The notes under the pieces: model-generated
The model's database searches: none
What the model saw: the letters and a program-made list of their open reading frames with translations, nothing else
What the model was told of the DNA's origin: nothing
Source: Candidatus Eiseniibacteriota bacterium
Lineage (GTDB): Bacteria; Eisenbacteria; RBG-16-71-46
NCBI GenBank assembly: GCA_044222365.1
Contig: JBGANH010000001.1
Span: forward strand, 1-42,223
Length of the DNA stretch: 42,223 nt
Direction: 5' to 3'
Part shown: positions 19,532 to 26,006 of the stretch, piece after piece
Layout of the letters: each line of letters begins with the position of its first letter
Numbering within the stretch: position 1 is the first letter of the stretch
Position numbers and translations under genes: made by a program

Positions 19532-20163
19532 CGGGATTCCTGCTTTCGAAGTAGCGGTTGGAGCTTGCGCTTCAGCATGCCGCGCGCGCGATTGATGCGT
19601 GACCGCACCGTCCCGCCCGGTATGCCGAGCACTTCGGCGATCTCCTCGTAGGGCAACCCCTCGATGTCGCGAAGCACCAGTGCGAGCCGGTACTTCTCCG
19701 GCACCGTTGCGATGGCCTTGCCGACCTCCTCACGAAGCTGCTCGCGCTCGAGCCCGAGCTCGTGATTCTCGGTCGGATCGGCCAGCTGGGGAGCGCTGTC
19801 CTGCAGCACCTCGGTCAGCGCATCCAGCGAGAACCAGTTCCTGCGGCGTACCCGGCGGCGGATCTCGTTCTTCGCGAGGTTCGCCGCGATCGTGAACAGC
19901 CAGGTCGAGAACTTGGAACCGCGGCGGTAGTTCCGGCGGTGGACGAACACGCGCACGAACACTTCCTGCGCGAGATCGTCCGCACCGTTGCGGTCGTTCA
20001 GCACCCGGCTGATGAGGTTGGTCACACGGCCCTGGAACCGCCGGACGAGTTCGGGGAATGCCCGCTCGTCGTCCTCGGCCACCCGGGCCATGAGGTCTTC
20101 GTCGGACAAGCTCACGACCTGGGGTAGCGGCGGTTGATCAGGGGCCAAGTGGTTCCTCACCAA
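19528..20163 (-). CDS. ECF (sigma-70 family, group 4) RNA polymerase sigma factor
   Basis: Region 2 is AFPELVRRFQGRVTNLISRVLNDRNGADDLAQEVFVRVF...FSTWLFTIAANLAKNEIRR. Region 4 is LALVLRDIEGLPYEEIAEVLGIPGGTVRSRINRARGMLK. The first in-frame starts are TTG at 20163 and GTG at 20160, so the exact start is uncertain. Confidence 0.9.
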   Translation of the reverse strand: MVRNHLAPDQPPLPQVVSLSDEDLMARVAEDDERAFPELVRRFQGRVTNLISRVLNDRNGADDLAQEVFVRVFVHRRNYRRGSKFSTWLFTIAANLAKNEIRRRVRRRNWFSLDALTEVLQDSAPQLADPTENHELGLEREQLREEVGKAIATVPEKYRLALVLRDIEGLPYEEIAEVLGIPGGTVRSRINRARGMLKRKLQPLLRKQESR

Positions 20164-20232
20164 CGCGACATACCCCGGAGGGGGGCGCGGGTTCCCAAAC
20201 TCCTCGGCCCGGCCGGCGGCCGTTCACGGGAC

Positions 20233-21006
20233 TCAACGCAACGCCTCCAACTTGCTGCGCACCCGAGGGTTGGCGTCGGCCGCGAGGCTCGCTTTGTACT
20301 GCTTCCGGGCGGGTTCGACCAGCTTGAGGGCGGCGTAGACGTCCCCGAGGTGCTCGCGCACGACCGGGTCCCCGCCGGTCAGTTCGACGGCGCGCTCGAG
20401 CGCCACGCGGGCCTCTTCGAGCCGGCCCCGGCGGAAGAGCACCCAGCCCCAGGAGTCGAGGTAGGCGCCATTCTCCGGGTCCTGGGACAGCGCGCGGCGG
20501 ACGAGACGCTCGGCCTCGTCGAGTTCGCGTTCGTGATCGGCCAGCAGGTAGCCGAGGAAGTTGAGCGCCGGCGGCGCATCGGGCACCAGTGCGAGGGCGT
20601 CGCGACCGGCCTGGATCGCCGCGTCCACCTCACCCGCCTGTTCGAGACAGACTCCGAGGTCGAGCAACAGCGCGGGGTCGTCGCCGTGCGAGGCACGCAG
20701 CGCCCGCCACTCGGCCGCCGCTTCGGCGAACTTCTTCCGGTCCTGGAGAATGCGTGCGAGCAGCCGCCGCGGTTCGGCCGAATCCGGAGCCGCCGCGCTC
20801 TCGCGGCGCGAAATCGCGGCGGCGGAGTCGAGTTGCCCGGCCATCGCGAACGCCCTCGCGACGATGAGCCGCGTGCGCTGGGTGGACTCGCGGCTCGCCG
20901 TCCAGCGCCGCGCCAGATCGACGGCCTCCTTGCCGTGCTTCGCGCCGGCGAGCGTCGTGACGCTGCGCATCACGAGCCCCGGATCGGCGGGATCGAGCGC
21001 GCGCAT
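20233..21006 (-). CDS. TPR-repeat protein, C-terminal ORF fragment (frame stays open upstream of the ATG)
   Basis: TPR-like helical repeats are present (ALNFLGYLLADHERELDEAERLVRRALSQDPENGAYLDSWGWVLFRRGRLEEARVALERAVEL). The same frame reads on upstream as ...EKPPAPRDADALQTEAELAFELNRADEGRRALERM, which continues the repeats of the upstream ORF. Confidence 0.7.
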   Translation of the reverse strand: MRALDPADPGLVMRSVTTLAGAKHGKEAVDLARRWTASRESTQRTRLIVARAFAMAGQLDSAAAISRRESAAAPDSAEPRRLLARILQDRKKFAEAAAEWRALRASHGDDPALLLDLGVCLEQAGEVDAAIQAGRDALALVPDAPPALNFLGYLLADHERELDEAERLVRRALSQDPENGAYLDSWGWVLFRRGRLEEARVALERAVELTGGDPVVREHLGDVYAALKLVEPARKQYKASLAADANPRVRSKLEALR

Positions 21007-21041
21007 GCGTTCGAGGGCACGCCGTCCCTCGTCGGCGCGGT

Positions 21042-21938
21042 TCAGTTCGAACGCGAGTTCGGCCTCCGTCTGCAGGGCGTCGGCATCGCGAGGCGCAGGC
21101 GGTTTCTCGCGCGCGCCTCGCGATAGGCCTCGGCGGGACGATGCGCGCGGTCGAGCAGCACGACGAGCCGCCGGCGCGTGCCCTGGTCGTTGTCGTGCAC
21201 GCCGAGATGGTGCTGGTAGGCCGCGATGGCGCTCTCGAGGTCGCCGAGGTTCTCGCGCACGAACCCGCGCAGGAAGAGCGAGCCGGGACGCGCGGGATTG
21301 AGCTCCGTCGCGATCTCGAGCGCGGAGTCCGCTTCGGCGAATCGTCCCGAGCGCGCGAAGTAGGTCGCCAGCTGGAACCAGCTCTCGCCGTCCTCGCCGT
21401 CGAGCTGCGTCGCCCGCGCCCAGGCCGCCTGCGCGACCTCGGGCTGGTCCGCGGCGTCCGCGGCGCGCGCGAGCGTGCGCTGGTAGTCGGCGTCGAGCGA
21501 ATCGAGCCGTGCCGCGGTCCGCAGCGCCGCGACGGCGTCCGCCGGCTTCTCGAGATTGAACAGCGCCGCGCCGGCGAGCCAGTGCGCGCGGGCATTGGTC
21601 GAATCCACGGTCGTGGCGCGGCGGGCGAGCTCGAGGGCGCGAGAGGGATTCCCGGCGCGGCTCGCGGCTTCCGACAATCGCAACAGGACGCCGACGGCAT
21701 TGGGATCGAGCGTGAGCGCGCGCGTCAGCTCCGCGACCGCGCCCTCGGCGTCCCCCGCCTCCTCGAGCCAGCGGCCCTGCAGGTAGTGGCGGGACGCTTC
21801 CTCGGAAGGAGAACCGGCGCGCGCCGAATCGGCGGAACGTGAGCGAAAGCGGGTGGGCGCGTCGGCGCCGTGGGCGGCGGGCGTGAGCGCGAGCGTCAGG
21901 ACGAGCAGCGAGGCGATCGAAACCAGTGGTCGGCGCAT
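21042..21938 (-). CDS. TPR-repeat protein, N-terminal ORF fragment with signal peptide
   Basis: ATG at 21938. The signal peptide is MRRPLVSIASLLVLTLALTPAAHG. TPR-like repeats follow (RHYLQGRWLEEAGDAEGAVAELTRALTLDPN...). The last ~20 codons (RNRLRLAMPTPCRRRPNSRSN) look out of frame. Confidence 0.7.
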   Translation of the reverse strand: MRRPLVSIASLLVLTLALTPAAHGADAPTRFRSRSADSARAGSPSEEASRHYLQGRWLEEAGDAEGAVAELTRALTLDPNAVGVLLRLSEAASRAGNPSRALELARRATTVDSTNARAHWLAGAALFNLEKPADAVAALRTAARLDSLDADYQRTLARAADAADQPEVAQAAWARATQLDGEDGESWFQLATYFARSGRFAEADSALEIATELNPARPGSLFLRGFVRENLGDLESAIAAYQHHLGVHDNDQGTRRRLVVLLDRAHRPAEAYREARARNRLRLAMPTPCRRRPNSRSN

Positions 21939-22112
21939 GTGCGGTCGAGCCTAGCCCGGACGCTTCCCGGTGCGCGAGCCGAAATTGCCGAATGCAGGTG
22001 AAGCATGCGCCAACCTTTCGCGGCGCGTCGTCGGAATACTGGCCTGCATCGCCCCGCGCGTGGTACTTCTCGCGTCGGCCCGAAGCACCGGATCCCGGTT
22101 CAAGGTGGGTTC

Positions 22113-23513
22113 ATGCAAGAGGAAACCAGAGTCCTCGTCGTCGACGACCACGGTCCCGCGCGACACACCATCGCGAACCTCGTGCGCCGTCACGGTCACT
22201 CCGCGGTCGAGTGCGACAACGTCGAAGACGCCTTCCGTGCATTCGACGCCGACCGCTTCGACGTCGTGCTCTCCGACGTGAAGATGGGCGTGCTCGGCGG
22301 ATTCGACCTGCTGCGCGGCATTCGCAAGCGCGCGCCGCACGTGCCCGTCGTGCTCATCACGGGACAGGCGAGCGTCAGCGACGCCATGGACGCGATGGAC
22401 GCCGGCGCCTTCGACTACCTGAGCAAGCCGGTCGAGTACGTTCCGCTCGGGCAGCTGCTGCGCCGCGCGATCGAGCATCACCGCATGATGCTCCGCGAGG
22501 ACGAGCTCGACGCGATGAACGAAGCTCCGCCACCCGAACTGCCGAGCATCATCGGCAAGTCGCGCGTCATGCTGGCCGCATTCAAGCGCGTGGCGAAGGC
22601 CGCGCGCGGCGATGCGAACGTGCTGATCCTGGGCGAGAACGGTACCGGCAAGGAGATGGTCGCGCGCGCGCTCCACCGCAACAGTGACCGCGCGGACAAA
22701 CCCTTCGTCGCGGTCAACGTTCCCGCGATCGCCGCGGGCGTGGCGGAGAGCGAACTCTTCGGTCACCGTCGCGGCGCGTTCACCGACGCTCGCGAGAGCC
22801 GCACCGGTCTCTTCGAGCAGGCCCATGGTGGCACGCTCTTCCTCGACGAAATCGGTGACCTCGACCTGGGCCTGCAGGTGAAGCTCCTGCGCGCGATCCA
22901 GGAACGCACGATCAAGCCGGTCGGCGGCAACGAGGAGATCGAGGTGGACATCCGCCTCGTCTCGGCGACGAACCGGGACCTCCTGCGCCGCATGCACGAG
23001 GGCCGGTTCCGCGAAGACCTCTACTACCGCATCAACGTGGTCTCCATCTCGCTTCCGCCGCTTCGCGAACGCGTCGAGGACATTCCCCAGCTCGCCTCGT
23101 ACTTCCTCGCGCGCTACGGGGCCAAGTCCGGGCGCCGCATTCCCCGTCTCACCCCGGAAGCACTGCAATGCCTGGAGCGCTATCGCTGGCCGGGGAACGT
23201 GCGCGAACTCGAGAACGTCATGCAGCGGTCGGTGCAGTTCTGCACCGACGGTCTGGTCACCCCGGACCTGCTCATGCTCGGCGAAGACGAGTCGATCATC
23301 CGCACGCTCGACGAGGGCGCGGATGAACTCGGCGTCCGGAGCGCCCTCGCGATCGGGCATCCGACGTTCATGCCGCTCCGCGACCGGATGGAGCAGTACA
23401 TGGACGAGGTGATCGAGGCGACGGGTGGCAACCTCACGCAAGCGGCGAAAATCTTGGGTGTCGCCCGGCGGACACTCCAGAGATTGTCCGCCCGCCGAAA
23501 GCACCTCGCCTGA
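22113..23513 (+). CDS. Sigma-54-dependent response regulator (NtrC family: receiver, AAA+ and Fis-type HTH domains)
   Basis: ATG at 22113 with AAGGTGGG upstream. The receiver domain has VLVVDDH...DVVLSDVKM. The AAA+ domain has VLILGENGTGKEMVARALH, ESELFGHRRGAFTDA, GGTLFLDEIG, RLVSATNRDL and FREDLYYRINV. The C-terminal HTH is GGNLTQAAKILGVARRTLQR. Confidence 0.93.
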   Translation: MQEETRVLVVDDHGPARHTIANLVRRHGHSAVECDNVEDAFRAFDADRFDVVLSDVKMGVLGGFDLLRGIRKRAPHVPVVLITGQASVSDAMDAMDAGAFDYLSKPVEYVPLGQLLRRAIEHHRMMLREDELDAMNEAPPPELPSIIGKSRVMLAAFKRVAKAARGDANVLILGENGTGKEMVARALHRNSDRADKPFVAVNVPAIAAGVAESELFGHRRGAFTDARESRTGLFEQAHGGTLFLDEIGDLDLGLQVKLLRAIQERTIKPVGGNEEIEVDIRLVSATNRDLLRRMHEGRFREDLYYRINVVSISLPPLRERVEDIPQLASYFLARYGAKSGRRIPRLTPEALQCLERYRWPGNVRELENVMQRSVQFCTDGLVTPDLLMLGEDESIIRTLDEGADELGVRSALAIGHPTFMPLRDRMEQYMDEVIEATGGNLTQAAKILGVARRTLQRLSARRKHLA

Positions 23514-23733
23514 GAGCGCGACTTTTTGTCGCGAGGCGCGCCAGTTTGACCACAGGACCGTTTCTCGTTGGTCGTGTGTGAGTTCTGGCGGTTTCGGCCG
23601 CGCGAGTGTGACAATGTGTCGCAGCACGTGAGTGCCGAACCACCACCACCATCTGGCTCGCGATACCATTATGGACAGCTAACTCGTTGCGAAACAAAAG
23701 CGAAGTGGCTGAAACCAAGAAACACCCGACGCT

Positions 23734-23749
23734 TGGCACCGATAGTGCA
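23734..23749 (+). promoter_or_regulatory. Candidate sigma-54 (-24/-12) promoter
   Basis: TGGCAC-CGATA-GTGCA has the GG (23735-36) and GC (23747-48) spaced exactly as in the consensus TGGCAC-N5-TTGCW. It lies about 220 bp downstream of the sigma-54 activator gene stop. Confidence 0.5.
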
Positions 23750-23759
23750 AAGCGAGATG

Positions 23760-24020
23760 GTCGAGTGGCGAAGCGCGAGAGCGCGGAGCCCGGGAGAGCG
23801 CAGTGGTTCTCCGAGACAGATTCGCGCCGAATCCGGCGCACCCATCTGTCGCCACTATGTGAAAGGGCACGGAAATTCCGAGGGGCCTGTCCTGATCGTA
23901 TGTGGCGGCAGTCTTGAGGCGGGGAGCGCAAGCTCCTCGCCTCGCTGTTTCCCCTGGGAAGCCTCCCCCCCGCTCCCCCAACGAACGCGGCCCCCGGGAC
24001 TCCCCGGGGGCCGCTTCGTA
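23760..24020 (+). ncRNA. Candidate sigma-54-dependent small RNA (~250 nt, family unknown)
   Basis: The transcript is bounded by the -24/-12 element and a 12-bp terminator hairpin. Hairpin 1 is GCGC-GAGA-GCGC at 23773-84. Hairpin 2 spans 23815-23850, with outer stem GACAGAT/ATCTGTC and inner stem GCGCCG-AATC-CGGCGC. Hairpin 3 is a 12-bp stem with a GCAA loop at 23916-23943. A C-rich tract GCCTCCCCCCGCTCCCCCA lies at 23961-23979. No convincing ORF is present, and GC is lower than in the flanking genes. Confidence 0.4.
23987..24014. terminator. Strong GC hairpin, likely a bidirectional terminator shared by rnc (minus) and the candidate sRNA (plus)
   Basis: GCGGCCCCCGGG-ACTC-CCCGGGGGCCGC forms a perfect 12-bp stem. 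The plus-strand tail is TTCGTA and the minus-strand tail is GTTCGTTG, both weak U tracts. The hairpin sits 25 nt beyond the rnc stop. Confidence 0.55.
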
Positions 24021-24038
24021 CCACGAACGTGAGCGCGC

Positions 24039-26006
24039 TCAGCGCTTGCGTCCCCGGCGTCCGAAGTTCGTGCGCCTCGGAGCGGGTTCTGCGCCTTTGC
24101 GCTGGCCGAAGTTCGCCATCGCGCGTTCCATCTCTTCGATGCGCGAGTCAACCTCGTCCTCGTCGTCACTCTCCGTCGCCGGCGGCGGGACGACTTCCAC
24201 GATCGGCGCGAGGTCGTCCTCCTCCTGCATGTCGAACGGATCGACGAGCAGTTCCTCGTGCGGCGACGCCAACTCCGGCTCGACGATCGCCCGAGCGGGT
24301 GCAGGCGCCGGTGAGGCTTCGGTCGGAGACACGACGGCCGCCGATTCGGTCGTCACGGGAGGCACGTTCGCCGAGGGCGCGGCGGGGGCCGCCCCGCGCA
24401 CGACCTTGCGCGTCGTGCGTCCCCACGCCATCGCCGCAGGTGCGGCGGGTGCGGTCGGCGCAGCCGAAGTCACCGAGGCGGTCGGCGCCGGAGCGGTCGA
24501 GGACGCGACGGTGGGCAGCGGAGCCGGCGCGGTCGGGATGAACGCATCCTCGCGTTCGTCCTCGTCGTCGAACTCGTCGTCGCCGTCCTCGTCCTCGTCG
24601 TCGTCCAGTTCCTCGTCGTCCTCGGCCGAGTCGTCCTCGTCGAGATCGTCGACTTCGTCGACCTCGTCCTCGTCCTCGGAGCCCGGCTCCGAGCCACCGT
24701 CGAGTTCGACCTCGTCGTAGTCGTCGTCGTCGAACGGCTCGACGTCGTCGGTCGCGGAGACCGGCTCATGCGACGCCAGTTCGAGCAGCCGTTCCGGCTG
24801 CTCGGGAGCGGCCTGCTCGCTGACGACGTCGAGATCCACCGCGTCGGCGCCTTCCTGCGGCGCGGCGACGGCACCCTCGCGGCGGCCACGGCCGCCCCTG
24901 CGCCCACGGCGGCGACGGCGTCCCTCACCCGAATCGTCCGGGTCTTCGGACTCGTCACGCGGCCGTGCCACCGGCGCACGTTCACGCGTCGGCTCGGGCG
25001 TTTCCTCGCGGGCGCCTCCCCGCACCTTCTCGACCCGCTCGAGCGCGTCTCGCGCCGCGGCCTGTTCGGCTTCCTTCTTGTTGTGGCCGCGCCCTTCGCC
25101 CAGCGTGCGGCGCCCGACCATGACCTCCACCATGAAGTGCTTGGAGTGGTCCGGCCCGTTCTCGCTGCGGATGCGGTACACGGGATGCGTGCGGTAGGTG
25201 CTCTGCACGTACTCCTGCAGGTGGCTCTTGTAGTTCGTGTGGCGCTTGTCCGCCACGATCGAGTCCGACTCCGCGAGCAGGTGCTTGTGGATGTACTCGC
25301 GCGCCACCTCGAAACCCTGGTCGAGGTACACGGCGCCGAGCACGGACTCGAAGGCGTCCGCGAGGATCGACAGCCGCTGGCGGCCGCCCGACTCCACTTC
25401 GGAGTGGCTCATGAGCACGTAACGCCCGAGCCCCATGCGCAGCGCGCGCCGGGACAGGATGGCCTTCGAGACCAGCAACGATTTGGTCTTCGTGAGCTGG
25501 CCTTCGTGCTCGTCGGGGTGACGGCGGTACAGGTACTCGCTCGTCACGAGCCCGAGCACCGAGTCACCGAGGAACTCGAGCCGTTCGTTCGACTCGCGCG
25601 GCCCCTGGCCGGTCACGCTCAGGTACGAGCGGTGGGTGAGCGCGAGCTTCAACAGTCCGGGGTCACGGAACGTGATGCCGAACTGCTTCTGGAACTCCTC
25701 GAGGACGCGCTTCTCCTGCTGGTCCAGCGACGCCGAACCACGGCGCGGACGCTTTTCCTCTTCCTTGCGTCCGAACCCGAACAGGGACTTGAGCCAGCCG
25801 AGAAAGCCGTTCGACTGGGCGGGAGCCGGCGTGCCCTCACGCTTGCCACGGCGCCGTCCCCGGCCTCCGCGGCGGCGTGCGCGCGCCTTTACGCGATAGC
25901 CTTCATCGCCAGTGTCACGTTGTGCCCGCCGAACCCGAACGAGTTCGACAGGGCGGCCTTCACCTTCACGGTTCGGGCCTGATTCGGGATGAAATCGAGG
26001 TCGCAT
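24039..26006 (-). CDS. rnc: Ribonuclease III with a basic N-terminal extension and a 327-aa low-complexity C-terminal tail
   Basis: LEEFQKQFGITFRDPGLLKLALTHRSY...NERLEFLGDSVLGLV...RQRLSILADAFESVLGAVYLD form the catalytic domain. NYKSHLQEYVQ...HSKHFMVEVMVGRRTLGEGRGHNKKEAEQAAARDAL forms the dsRBD. The only canonical in-frame start upstream of the catalytic domain is the ATG at 26006, which lies 118 nt inside fabF. The real start is therefore uncertain. Confidence 0.85.
   Translation of the reverse strand: MRPRFHPESGPNREGEGRPVELVRVRRAQRDTGDEGYRVKARARRRGGRGRRRGKREGTPAPAQSNGFLGWLKSLFGFGRKEEEKRPRRGSASLDQQEKRVLEEFQKQFGITFRDPGLLKLALTHRSYLSVTGQGPRESNERLEFLGDSVLGLVTSEYLYRRHPDEHEGQLTKTKSLLVSKAILSRRALRMGLGRYVLMSHSEVESGGRQRLSILADAFESVLGAVYLDQGFEVAREYIHKHLLAESDSIVADKRHTNYKSHLQEYVQSTYRTHPVYRIRSENGPDHSKHFMVEVMVGRRTLGEGRGHNKKEAEQAAARDALERVEKVRGGAREETPEPTRERAPVARPRDESEDPDDSGEGRRRRRGRRGGRGRREGAVAAPQEGADAVDLDVVSEQAAPEQPERLLELASHEPVSATDDVEPFDDDDYDEVELDGGSEPGSEDEDEVDEVDDLDEDDSAEDDEELDDDEDEDGDDEFDDEDEREDAFIPTAPAPLPTVASSTAPAPTASVTSAAPTAPAAPAAMAWGRTTRKVVRGAAPAAPSANVPPVTTESAAVVSPTEASPAPAPARAIVEPELASPHEELLVDPFDMQEEDDLAPIVEVVPPPATESDDEDEVDSRIEEMERAMANFGQRKGAEPAPRRTNFGRRGRKR

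Noticed and set aside
23740-23900. Possible known structured RNA in the intergenic region: cobalamin riboswitch, RNase P RNA, tmRNA, SRP RNA or c-di-GMP riboswitch
   Set aside because: Local strings look superficially similar (GCCGAATCCGGCGCACCC...CGCCACTATG versus the B12 core, GTGAAAGGGCAC versus RNase P, GTGCAAAGCG versus GEMM). The defining cores are absent: no B12 box, no GAGGAAAGUCCGGGC, no tRNA-like end or tag ORF, and no SRP GGAA/AGCA domain IV. I therefore left the family unassigned.
24540-24760. GTC/GTCGTC-rich low-complexity DNA that looks like a microsatellite or degenerate tandem repeat
   Set aside because: It is the antisense image of GAC/GAG/GAA codons for the poly-Asp/Glu block of the rnc tail. 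The units are irregular, with no spacer/repeat periodicity, so it is not a CRISPR or VNTR.
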